Positions 9,537 to 18,810 of a stretch of DNA of 64,000 nucleotides are shown here, in pieces (the stretch's first letter is position 1; the number at the start of each line of letters is the position of its first letter). Source of the stretch: Myxococcota bacterium. Its GTDB lineage: Bacteria > Myxococcota_A > UBA796 > CAJQPC01. The stretch lies in NCBI GenBank assembly GCA_036012755.1, contig DASCPX010000129.1, positions 32,001 through 96,000 of the forward strand. Direction: 5' to 3'. The position numbers were made by a program, and so were the translations under genes. The notes under the pieces were generated by a model. The model was not told the origin of the DNA, searched no databases, and saw nothing but the letters and a program-made list of their open reading frames with translations.

Positions 9537-11327
9537 TTGAGCACGGCCGTCAGCACCCCGGACGTCGATCTTCTCCGTCCGTATGTCGCGGAGTACTTCA
9601 CGAACCCGAGCCAGGACCTGCTCCGTCGGCTGAGCTTGGAGCACACCCCCGCGGTGTCGACCACCGCTTCGGGCAACCTGGTGAAGGTCGCGCGCAACAA
9701 GGCCCGCCAGGCGAAGCGGACCTTCATCATCGGCCAGCCCCGCGACGCCGCGCGCTACAGCCACCCGGTGATCCCGACCCGGGACGCAGATGCGCTCATC
9801 GATGCCCAGCGCGCCTACATAGAGGACAAGGGTCAGCTCATCGAGGTGCAGGGCTGGGTAGGTGTCGGCCCGCGAGCGGTCGCCGTGCAGTGGCTCTACA
9901 CCACAGCCGGCGCCAACATCGCCGGCATGCAGTCGATCCTGGCCTTCCCGCGGGCCGAGGTCGAGGGCGAAGAGGCCGCCGCAGATCCGGACGGCTTCGA
10001 CCCGACCTTCCGCATCGTCTACACCCCGGACTTCCGTCCAGAGGGTGTCGACGGCGCCCAGATCATCCTCGTCGACCTCTCGATCTACACGACCTTCATC
10101 ATGGGCCCGGACTACTTCGGCGAGTCCAAGAAGGCCGCGCTGCGCATGTTGAACCACAAGGTCTACCGCGAGGGCGGTCTGACGCTCCATGCGGGCGCCA
10201 AGGCCGTCGCGGTGGGCGGTCGTCGGGTCTCGATGACCATCATGGGGCTCTCCGGCACGGGCAAGACCACGACCACCTTCTCCAAGCAGGGCGAGGTCAC
10301 GCAGCCGATCCAGGACGACATGGTCAGCCTCTGGCCGGGTGGCGAGATCTCCGTGACAGAGAACGGCTGCTTCGCCAAGACCTTCGGGCTGACGGAACAG
10401 AGCGAGCCGGTCATCTACAGGGGCACGGTCAGCCCAGAGGCCTGGCTCGAGAACGTCTACACCGACTCCGACGGCTGCTTCGACTTCTTCAAGGGCGTCC
10501 TCTCCGCTGCGGAGGTGGCCCGCCTCCGGGACGTGCTCGTCGCCACCGGCGCGGACCCCGAGAGGGTCTCGGCCTACGCCTCGGGCGCGGTGAGCTTCGA
10601 GCAGATCAGCGACGACGGCATCCCTCCTGACGGCTGGGACTTCGTGAAGTGGACCGAAAACGGCAGGAGCATCATCCCGATGAGCTCCGTCGAGGACGCC
10701 GCGGACCTCCACGACATCGACACCGTCGAGTACATGGGCATCCTCAACCGGGACGAGGGCGCCGACGCCTGCACGCCCGGCATCGTGAAGTTCGACGATC
10801 CCAGGCAGGCCGCGGGCTTCTTCATGCTCGGCGAGACCACCAAGACCTCGGCCGCCGGCAAGGAGCGAGGCAAGACCCGCAGCCCCTTCACCCAGCCCTT
10901 CTTCCCCCTCGCGCACGGCCTCCAGGCTCGCAGGTTCTCAGAGCTCGCCGCCACCATGGATGGAGTCGGTCTGTGGATGATGAACACCGGCTACGTCGCT
11001 GGCGACGCGCGGAGCGTTGGACTCGGCGAGGGCTTCAAGGTCAAGATCCGCCACTCCTCCGCGATGCTGGAGGCGCTCCTCACCGGCAGCGTCGTATGGA
11101 AGAAGGACCCGGACTTCGGCTACCTCGTCGTCGACACCGAGCACCCGGACAACGGGCCGCTGCTCGAGAAGGTCCCGGCGGCCATCCTCGAACCTCACCG
11201 TCATTACCAGGCCACGGGCCGAATGGACGTCTATCGGGCCTGGGTCTCGACGATGAAGGACAAGCGCGCCGAGTTCCTGCGCGGCTACGAGGTCGACGAG
11301 GCCATCATCCGGGCCACCTGCGGCTGA
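9537..11327 (+). CDS. pckA: Phosphoenolpyruvate carboxykinase (ATP), divergent
   Basis: YFGESKK, LHAG, GLSGTGKTT P-loop, IQDD, ENGCFAKT, WMMNTG, DPDFG; start uncertain (TTG 9537). Confidence 0.82.
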   Translation: MSTAVSTPDVDLLRPYVAEYFTNPSQDLLRRLSLEHTPAVSTTASGNLVKVARNKARQAKRTFIIGQPRDAARYSHPVIPTRDADALIDAQRAYIEDKGQLIEVQGWVGVGPRAVAVQWLYTTAGANIAGMQSILAFPRAEVEGEEAAADPDGFDPTFRIVYTPDFRPEGVDGAQIILVDLSIYTTFIMGPDYFGESKKAALRMLNHKVYREGGLTLHAGAKAVAVGGRRVSMTIMGLSGTGKTTTTFSKQGEVTQPIQDDMVSLWPGGEISVTENGCFAKTFGLTEQSEPVIYRGTVSPEAWLENVYTDSDGCFDFFKGVLSAAEVARLRDVLVATGADPERVSAYASGAVSFEQISDDGIPPDGWDFVKWTENGRSIIPMSSVEDAADLHDIDTVEYMGILNRDEGADACTPGIVKFDDPRQAAGFFMLGETTKTSAAGKERGKTRSPFTQPFFPLAHGLQARRFSELAATMDGVGLWMMNTGYVAGDARSVGLGEGFKVKIRHSSAMLEALLTGSVVWKKDPDFGYLVVDTEHPDNGPLLEKVPAAILEPHRHYQATGRMDVYRAWVSTMKDKRAEFLRGYEVDEAIIRATCG

Positions 11328-11331
11328 GCGC

Positions 11332-12762
11332 CTATTCGCCACCACCCGAGTAGATGTAGACGGCACCTGGCCCCTTGTCGTTGGTCGAGGTGTCGAACTC
11401 GAAGGCCGGGGAGCCGATGGCGATGTCGAGCACGCCGTCACCGGTGAGGTCGTCGCCGCCATGCACGGTCCAGCCAAAGAGGCTGCCGGGGTGCTCGCAG
11501 CCGTCGGTTTCGCAGGAGGAGAAGGGCTCGACCTCACCCTGGAGGATCCCGAAGGCGTCATCTTCGAGGACGTAGGAGCCGGATACGGGGCCGAAGACCA
11601 GGTAGACGGTTCCCGGACCGGGATCCTCGACGAAGGGCTCGTTCAGCCCGAAGACGAGGTCGACGCTGCCGTCCTCGTCGAGGTCCCCGGCAAAGTCGGC
11701 CGCGATCCGTCTGCTGTCTGGGTTCGCGGACTCGAAGGTCGCCCCCTCGGACGGAGCCGATGATCAGGTCCGTGATTCCGTCTCCGGTGATTTCCGCGAA
11801 CGACGTTGCTGAACCGGCAGCACCGCCTCTGGGCCCTTCCAGAAGGGCGTCGGTAGAGTCCGCGCTGTGCCAGCCATCGACGGGCCCGTTGTATACGGCG
11901 ACCGTCCCTCCAAGTTGGGTTCCAGCGTAGAAGGGCTCCCCGATGATCAGATCTGGAACGCCATCTCCTGAGATGTCACCGGACGCGAACGACATCAGGT
12001 ACCGCTCTGTCGCTTGCATGTTGAAGGACGCCCCGGCCGTGCTCGTGTCGCTACCTCCAGAAAACGGACCATGGAGGAGCTTGACCTCCGTCCCGCTGCT
12101 CTCGCTCCACAACACGAGGTCGGAGAAGCCGTCCTGGTCGAAGTCCGTGCCGCCGTGCATGAAGTACCTGGCGTCGGAGCCGCAGCAGGCGATGGATGTG
12201 TCCTCGCCGAGATCACGGCCGCCGGCTCGCCTGAGACGACACCGCCGAAGTACTGGCAGTCCGTGTCGATCTCTTCGTCGCAGTCGTTGTCGATCCCGTC
12301 GTCGCAGTCGTCGGGGTATGGCGAGCCGTCACCGTCGAGGTCTAGCAGGTCCTCTCCATCACAGTCCTGGTCGATGCCGTCGTAGGGCAACTCCTCCGCC
12401 CCCGGGTACACGGTCTCCTCTGTGTCGTCGCAGTCGGTGTCGTCCGCGACGTGGTCGTCGGGGGCGAAGCACGCCTCCGTGGGATCCCCTGCCCCGAAGC
12501 CGTCTCCATCAGCGTCGGCATACCAGTCTGTGGCGTCCGCGGTCTCTTCATCGACCTCTCCGTCGCAGTCGTCGTCCTTGCCGTTGCACGACTCCTCGGC
12601 GTCGGGGTGGATGGTGGCGTCGGAGTCGTCACAGTCTCCGGAGACCCCGACGTGGCCTGCCGGGGCCTCGCAGGACAGCGCGGCCTCGTCGCAGTCCTCT
12701 CCGGAGCGCCACCCGTCACCATCGCCGTCCACGGTGCGGCATGCCAGCCAGAGCAGGATCAT
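11332..12762 (-). pseudogene. Lipoprotein with Cys/Asp metal-binding repeats + FG-GAP (integrin-like) repeats, two frameshifts
   Basis: MILLWLAC..DCDD..E.CNGKDDDCDG in one frame. Continues as GEDTSIACC..DFDQDGFSDL..GDISGDGVPDLIIG in a second frame (shift ~12208), then AGDLDEDGSVDL..DLTGDGVLDIAIGSP..GAVYIY to TAG at 11332 in a third frame (shift ~11750). Confidence 0.7.
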
Positions 12763-13090
12763 TCGCCGTCCCGCTCGAACCGGAAGGTCCTCGGCCCGTC
12801 CTCGACGAGCAGTTCGTGGTCTTCCATGTGGAGGAGGTAGCGCCGGTCACCGGCTTCGACGGACAGGGAGTCGCAGTCCGGCGTCATCGGCGTGAGTATG
12901 GCCGGCTCCGCGTGGCGCCGCGTTCAGGTCGGTATCCAAATCCGACCTCGCTCACGGCCAGCGATGCCTCGAACTCCGGCGGGGGTAGCTCCTTGCCCTT
13001 GTGGCTGGCGCCGGTCTGGCGCCAGGAGCCATGAGACCAGGCGCAGGGGTCGGTGCCGCAGGCCAGCAGGAGGAGTGCTGCGGCGGTCAT
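12759..13090 (-). pseudogene. Small lipoprotein, apparently frameshifted
   Basis: MTAAALLLLACG.. stops at 12884; coding-like sequence resumes in another frame (MTPDCDSLSVEAGDRRYLL...FRFERDGE*) and ends in an ATGA overlap with the next gene. Confidence 0.4.
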
Positions 13091-13506
13091 CGGGCGTCGA
13101 AGGTGTCGGTGTGGACGCAGGGGCTCGGCAGCGAGCCGCACATGGTCGCGGTGGCGTCCGAGTCCGCCGGGCTCGTCCACTCGGTGTCGATCGACCTCTC
13201 GATGTACGGGTACGGGAAGTCGATGAAGGAGAGACCCTGGTAGACCGCGGGGCTGTCGAAGGTCGCGCCTTCGCAGTTGACGAACGTGACCGTCGGGGTC
13301 ACCTCGAGCCCGGCCAGGTCGCTCGTCCTCGCAGCCCATGAGGAACGTCCCGGTCGAGAGCAGGGAGGCGACCGACTCGGACGGCGAGCCGGATGCTGCG
13401 TCGGGCACGTAGAGGTGCCAGTTCGAGTCGACAACGAGGCCGCCGCTTTGGCAGTCACCCGGCTCGTGCTGGCGCGGGATCCTCGGCGTCTCCTGAGCGC
13501 GCGCAA
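13087..13506 (-). pseudogene. Gene remnant, frameshifted near 13325
   Basis: HEPGDCQSGGLVVDSNWHLYVPD...LMGCEDE in one frame, DLAGLEVTPTVTFVNCEG...DTFDAR* in another; no clear start. Confidence 0.35.
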
Positions 13507-13693
13507 CCCCGCAAGATCGATGCCACGATCGAGATCGCCAGCAACCTACCAATTCGGCCCCACATGGTGCCCTCCCAAGAGTGTGTCCAACCCGACGGTC
13601 GCTCTGGGGGAGGCGAGGATCAAGAGGAATCGACTGGCGATCCGCCTCCGGGGTGTGGGCCGCCACCCAGCTTCAGCGCATCCTGCGGCTGAT

Positions 13694-15358
13694 TCAGTCC
13701 GGCATGCCGACGACCGTGCGCACGCCGTCGCGGGCCACCCAGACCTTCTGGTTCGCGTCGACGTCAGCGTGACGCGTCACGGTGCCGTCCGGCCAGATGA
13801 CGTCGAGGCGATCGACGGTCTCGTGTTCACCCAGGCCGAAGTGGGCCTCGTTGGGCCCGCCGTACCCCAGCGAGGTCCCCCCGGCGACGATCCAGCGGAT
13901 CTGTGACTCGCCGTCGACCACCACGCGGACCTTCGCGCCGATGGCGTGGGTGTTGGGCGCCGGGTGGGCGAGGCGGACCCTCAGCCAGTTGTCTGTCCCG
14001 CAGCGGGAGAGGTGGAGCGTCGCTGGCTCGTAGGCCATGCGCTTGACGATGTCCAGGTAGCCGTCATCGTTCAGGTCGACGGGCGCGAAGCCCCGCCCGG
14101 CCCCGAGCTGGTCCGAGAAAGCCCAGTCGTCGGCGACGAGCTCGAAGACGCCGTCGTCGTTCTGCAGCCAGAGCCCGTCCGGCTGCTCTTCGGGGTTCTC
14201 GGGGTGCTCCCGTCGCGCTCCCCGGATGGACTCGCCGAACATGACGACGAGGTCGAGGTCCGTGTCGTTGTCCAGGTCCACCAACTCGGCGCCCCAGGCG
14301 ACGATGCGGTCGTCCTCCTTCGGCAGGGTCAGGCCGCGGACCGCGGTCGTGTCGTACCAGGACATCGGCCCCGCCGACTCGAGGAGCCACAGGCGTCCCC
14401 AGTCGGTGACGAGCATGTCGATGTACTCGTCCCCGTTGAGATCCCCGATGCCAAGGCCCATCCCGTCCATGTCCAGGAAGGCGGAGGATTCGCCGCTGAT
14501 GTCCTCGAAGAGCAGCTCCCCGTCCTCGATGCGGTTCTCGAGCAGGCGGTTGCCGTACATGATGTGGCCGAAGGCGTTCACCGAGTAGAGATCGGGGTCG
14601 AGGTCCGCGTCGAGGTCCAGCCAGGCCGTGAGGAAGGTGTAGCTGACGCTGGCCTCGCGGGACAGGATGTCCTCGCGCAGCTCGAAGCTGCCGTCGCCGA
14701 GGTTCTCGTAGACCTGGTTCGGAGGCCCGTCGTCGGGAGGATCGTAGAACTCCTCGTCGGCGGTGGAGGTCTCGTTCGACACGACGAGGTCCAGGTCTCC
14801 GTCGAGGTCCATGTCGCCCCACGCGCTGCCCTTCGAAGCGTAGACCAGCTCTTCGAACACGCTGGTCCTCGTGGCATCGGTGAACCAGCCCCCGTCGTTG
14901 CGGTACAGACGGTTCTTCAAGCCCACCGCCTGCGCAAAGACGTCTATGTCCCCGTCACCGTCGTAGTCCGCGGCGCTCCCTCCCCACAGGTTGTGTTCGT
15001 TGCGATCCGGCAGGATCTCGTCACTCAGATCGCTCATCGACCCGTCGTCCTTGAGCCTGAAGACCCACGAGGCCGACTTGTTCGTGAGGAAGATCTCGTA
15101 GCGCCCGTCCCCGGTGATGTCCGCGACGACGAGGCCCGGAGAGTCGCGCCGTTCTCCGCTGTCGTAGGGCTGGTCGTTCCACGTGTCGCCAAGGTCTGGA
15201 GCGTAGAGCGGCCCCTCGGTCTCGCGCAGGGAGGGGTCTTCGCAGGTGATCTGTTCCCCGAGGATCAGGTCCCCGTCCACGAGGATCTCGCCAGCGTTGT
15301 CACCGGCCTCCGCGCCGGGTCTCGGCGTCGGTCCGCTGCAGGCCAGGAGCCAGATCAC
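13694..15358 (-). CDS. CRTAC1/ASPIC-UnbV family FG-GAP repeat lipoprotein
   Basis: Repeated DxDGDxD motifs (ADYDGDGDID, WGDMDLDGDLDL); C-terminal NTHAIGAKVRV..AHFGLG..LDVIWPDG; start GTG 15358 (VIWLLAC). Confidence 0.88.
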   Translation of the reverse strand: MIWLLACSGPTPRPGAEAGDNAGEILVDGDLILGEQITCEDPSLRETEGPLYAPDLGDTWNDQPYDSGERRDSPGLVVADITGDGRYEIFLTNKSASWVFRLKDDGSMSDLSDEILPDRNEHNLWGGSAADYDGDGDIDVFAQAVGLKNRLYRNDGGWFTDATRTSVFEELVYASKGSAWGDMDLDGDLDLVVSNETSTADEEFYDPPDDGPPNQVYENLGDGSFELREDILSREASVSYTFLTAWLDLDADLDPDLYSVNAFGHIMYGNRLLENRIEDGELLFEDISGESSAFLDMDGMGLGIGDLNGDEYIDMLVTDWGRLWLLESAGPMSWYDTTAVRGLTLPKEDDRIVAWGAELVDLDNDTDLDLVVMFGESIRGARREHPENPEEQPDGLWLQNDDGVFELVADDWAFSDQLGAGRGFAPVDLNDDGYLDIVKRMAYEPATLHLSRCGTDNWLRVRLAHPAPNTHAIGAKVRVVVDGESQIRWIVAGGTSLGYGGPNEAHFGLGEHETVDRLDVIWPDGTVTRHADVDANQKVWVARDGVRTVVGMPD

Positions 15359-15409
15359 CCGAGCTCGATGAAGGGAGAGGACATGCACCGAGTGTAGTCT
15401 CCCGCCCTG

Positions 15410-17287
15410 ATGTTCGGCCCTCTTCCGAAGTGGAGGCACAGGCCTCCGCTCGACGGCCTGCGGGCAGTCGCCGCGCTCGTGGTCCTGCTCTTCCACGCCG
15501 GCATGCAGTCTCTGTCAGGGGGCTACATCGGGGTCGACGTCTTCTTCGTGTTGTCCGGCTTCCTGATCACCTCGATCCTGCTGCGGGAGCTGGGCAAAGG
15601 TGGCATCGGCTTCCTCGGCTTCTATGCTCGCCGAGCCAGGCGGCTGCTACCCGCTGCGCTGGTGGTGCTGCTGGCCACGCTGGTGGCCTATCGGCTGCTG
15701 CCCACGACCACCCCGCTGGACTTCCTGCGGGTCAGGCCGGGAGCCATCGCCGCGGCGCTCTACGGCTCGAACTGGTGGTTCCTGGCAGAGGCGCAGGACT
15801 ACTTCGCCCGGGACCACGGCGTCTCGCCCTTCCTCCACTACTGGTCGCTCTCCGTGGAGGAGCAGTTCTACCTGGTCTGGCCTGTGTTGCTCACGGCGCT
15901 GGGGGCCGTCGCTCGCCGCAGCACCAAGGCGGCCTTCGCGGTGGTAGTCGCCCTCACCGTCGCCAGCCTGGCGGTGAGCCACGCCGTCGTTGTGGAGAGC
16001 CCGATGCAGTCCTACTTCGGGACCCACGCGCGGGCCTGGCAGCCGCTCGCGGGCGCGGCGGTCGCGCTGGGGCTGGCGATCTGGCCCGCTCCCCGATCGG
16101 GCGTCGCGAGGGTGCTCGGTGTGCTGGGCCTCTCTGGCCTGGTCGCCGCTTCCCTGGACGTCGTCCCGCTCTCCGAGGCGCTGCATCGCGGCGAGCTCGC
16201 CGTCGGCTCCATGGTGCTGCTGCTGTTGGGGCTCGAGGGTGCGCCAGGCAGCTCCGTCGCCCGGTTGCTGTCACTCCGTCCAGCCCGGGTCCTCGGGAAC
16301 TGGTCCTACGCCATCTACCTCTGGCACTGGCCGGTGGTGGTGCTGCTCGACCACGAGGACCTCCTCCCTCCCTCGGGTCTCGTGCGCGTCGCCGTGCTCT
16401 GCGTGGTCACCGTGCTCCTGAGCGCGCTCAGCTACGAGCTGGTCGAACAGCCCGTGCGCCGCATCTCCCTCCAGGGCCGGCGCGGGCTCTTCGTAGGTGG
16501 GGCGCTGGTCACCGCGCTGGTGGCCGCCGGTGCGGCGATCGTGGTGCTGCCGGTCGATGACGACACCCGGGCTCTCGCCGCCCGGCTGGAGGAGCTCCCC
16601 GTTCGTGTAGGCGGCCGGCTCGTCGGCACCGGTCCGCACGTCGTGCTCGTCGGGGACAGCCACATGCGGCTGTGGCAGCCCGCCTTCGAGGCCTTGGCGA
16701 TGGAAAACGGCTGGTCGCTGTCGATGCGGTCTCACGACGCCTGCCCCTGGCCTGACCTCGTCTGGCTCGATCGCCACGACCGCGAGCGGGTCTGCGACTA
16801 CGCCCTCGAGGAGGCCGACCTCGTCGTCCTCGCCAGCCGCTCCGTGATCGGGCGGCCGGTGGCGACCTCGCAGGGGCCTCTCGTCGCTGGGGACGCCGGT
16901 TGGCTCGACGAGGTCGTCGCCGGGAGCCGTCGCGCCGTCGAGGGCTACCTCGAGATCGCAGAGGCCGTGGTCATCCTGGAGCGCTTGCCGGAGATGGAGG
17001 TGGAGCCCGGGCGCTGTCTCTCCAGCGGTGAGTCGGACTGCTCCACCCCCGCGGTCGAGCAGCCAGGGGACGCGGAGCTGGACGCGGCATGGAGGGCGCT
17101 CGCGGCAGAGGACTCGCGGGTCCACTCCATAGACTTCGACGAGCTGATCTGCCCGGGTGGTGTCTGTCCGGCCGAGGTCCAGGGGGTGGTCACTCGCAAG
17201 GACACCCACCACCTGACAGCCGACTACGCGAGGCTCCTCGCGCCCGAGCTCGCCGCCCGCCTTCCCGAGGGCTACGCGCTCCGGTAG
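15410..17287 (+). CDS. Acyltransferase 3 + SGNH domain O-acetyltransferase (OafA/OatA-like)
   Basis: LDGLRAVA, GGYIGVDVFFVLSGFLIT, HYWSLSVEEQFY, SYAIYLWHWP, then VGDSH and DTHHLT. Confidence 0.9.
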   Translation: MFGPLPKWRHRPPLDGLRAVAALVVLLFHAGMQSLSGGYIGVDVFFVLSGFLITSILLRELGKGGIGFLGFYARRARRLLPAALVVLLATLVAYRLLPTTTPLDFLRVRPGAIAAALYGSNWWFLAEAQDYFARDHGVSPFLHYWSLSVEEQFYLVWPVLLTALGAVARRSTKAAFAVVVALTVASLAVSHAVVVESPMQSYFGTHARAWQPLAGAAVALGLAIWPAPRSGVARVLGVLGLSGLVAASLDVVPLSEALHRGELAVGSMVLLLLGLEGAPGSSVARLLSLRPARVLGNWSYAIYLWHWPVVVLLDHEDLLPPSGLVRVAVLCVVTVLLSALSYELVEQPVRRISLQGRRGLFVGGALVTALVAAGAAIVVLPVDDDTRALAARLEELPVRVGGRLVGTGPHVVLVGDSHMRLWQPAFEALAMENGWSLSMRSHDACPWPDLVWLDRHDRERVCDYALEEADLVVLASRSVIGRPVATSQGPLVAGDAGWLDEVVAGSRRAVEGYLEIAEAVVILERLPEMEVEPGRCLSSGESDCSTPAVEQPGDAELDAAWRALAAEDSRVHSIDFDELICPGGVCPAEVQGVVTRKDTHHLTADYARLLAPELAARLPEGYALR

Positions 17288-17295
17288 GCTCCGAC

Positions 17296-18417
17296 ATGCG
17301 CATCCTCTACGGCGTCGTCGGCGAAGGCATGGGCCACGCGACCCGCTCGCGAGTCCAGCTGGAGCACCTGCTGAGCCAGGGCCATGAAGTGAGGGTGGTG
17401 GTCTCGGGGCGCGCCCACGACTTCCTGACCTCTCGCTTCGCCGAGCGCGAGGGCATCTCCATCCAGGAGATCGCTGGTCTCCACATGATCTACGAGGACA
17501 ACGAGGTCGAGCGTCGGCGCTCGCTGCGGTCCAATCTCTCTGGCGCGCCGGAGGGCTATCGCCAGAACTACACGGTCTATCGGCGACTGCTCGGCGACTG
17601 GATGCCGACGGCCATCGTCAGCGACTTCGAGTCCTGGGCCTGGTACTTCGGGCGGCGTCAGAAGATCCCCGTGATCAGTGTCGACAACATGCAGGTCATC
17701 AACCGCTGCGAGCACGACGGCTTCGTCACGAGGAGCCGCTGCAGTGACTTCCGCGTCGCCCGGCTGGCCGTGAAGGCGAAGCTCCCACGGTGTTTCCACT
17801 ACCTCGTCTCGAGCTTCTTCTTTCCGCCGGTCCGGAAGAAGTACACGACCCTGGTCACTCCGATCCTGCGGCCGGAGATCCTGGAGGCCCGGCGGGAGCC
17901 TGGCGAGCATGTCCTCGTGTACCAGACGGCGGCCTCCAACACGAAGCTGGTGCCGGTGCTCCAGAAGCTGCCGTTGTCCTTTCGGGTCTACGGCATGAAC
18001 CGCGACGAGGACCTCGGCAACGTCACCCTCCGCAGCTTCTCCGAGACCGGCTTCGTGGACGACCTTCGCACCGCCCGGGCTGTGATCGCCGGCGGCGGCT
18101 ACTCGCTGATGGGCGAGGCCGTCCACCTCCACGTGCCGATGCTCAGCGTGCCCATCGTCGGCCAGTACGAGCAGGAGCTCAACGCCCGCTACCTCCAGAG
18201 CCTGGGCTACGGGCGCTTCACCTCCGAGCTCACCGACGGCGTCGTGCGTGACTTCCTGGCCGGGCTCGAGGCCCACGACGAGGCCCTGAAGCGGTACCTG
18301 CCGCAGGACAACTCGATGCTGTTCTCCCTCATGGACGAGTGCCTCCACCGCATCGACATGGGCGAGAAACGGCCGGTCACGCTCGATGCGCCCTCGATGG
18401 GGGACCTGCGCGGCTAG
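17296..18417 (+). CDS. Glycosyltransferase, MJ1255/VC2487-like family
   Basis: MRILYGVVGEGMGHATRS, VSDFE, ISVDNM, GGGYSLMGEA, GQYEQELNA. Confidence 0.85.
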   Translation: MRILYGVVGEGMGHATRSRVQLEHLLSQGHEVRVVVSGRAHDFLTSRFAEREGISIQEIAGLHMIYEDNEVERRRSLRSNLSGAPEGYRQNYTVYRRLLGDWMPTAIVSDFESWAWYFGRRQKIPVISVDNMQVINRCEHDGFVTRSRCSDFRVARLAVKAKLPRCFHYLVSSFFFPPVRKKYTTLVTPILRPEILEARREPGEHVLVYQTAASNTKLVPVLQKLPLSFRVYGMNRDEDLGNVTLRSFSETGFVDDLRTARAVIAGGGYSLMGEAVHLHVPMLSVPIVGQYEQELNARYLQSLGYGRFTSELTDGVVRDFLAGLEAHDEALKRYLPQDNSMLFSLMDECLHRIDMGEKRPVTLDAPSMGDLRG

Positions 18418-18595
18418 GAGCACCAATCAGGTTTTCTCCCGTCGCATGCTCGGCGGTCTCCGCGCCTGCCGGCCTGCCTCCTCGGTCGATTGCCTCGGCA
18501 GGCTCCCTCGTCGGCACCGGGCGCCTGGGGCGCCCTGGCCAGCAGCCACGCAGCCTGCGCTTCGCCTGCTCGGTCCGACTACCTGATTGGTGCTC
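18418..18595. mobile_element. MITE-like non-autonomous element, 178 bp
   Basis: Perfect 15-bp terminal inverted repeats GAGCACCAATCAGGT (18418-18432) and ACCTGATTGGTGCTC (18581-18595), flanked by TAG direct repeats (18415-17, 18596-98); no transposase. Confidence 0.75.
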
Positions 18596-18765
18596 TAGGG
18601 CCGGTGGATCGCCTGGTACTGCTCGGTGGTCATCGAGCGTCCCACGGCGTCGATGCCGGCGTCGGACCAGAACAAGAAGTGCACCGCGACAGGGAGGCTG
18701 AGCAACAGGGCGATCTCGGCTGCGGTGAGGAGTCGGTCGCGCCAGGATGAGTAGGGAGACAGCAT
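18595..18765 (-). CDS. Small (56 aa) putative membrane protein
   Basis: MLSPYSSWRDRLLTAAEIALLLSLPVAVHFLFWSDAGIDAVGRSMTTEQYQAIHRP*; one hydrophobic segment; shorter than any ORF in the track. Confidence 0.45.
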   Translation of the reverse strand: MLSPYSSWRDRLLTAAEIALLLSLPVAVHFLFWSDAGIDAVGRSMTTEQYQAIHRP

Positions 18766-18810
18766 GAGGGGACTGAGTCCTCTCGAGGCGCCCGGTTCGT
18801 CAGGGCCTTG

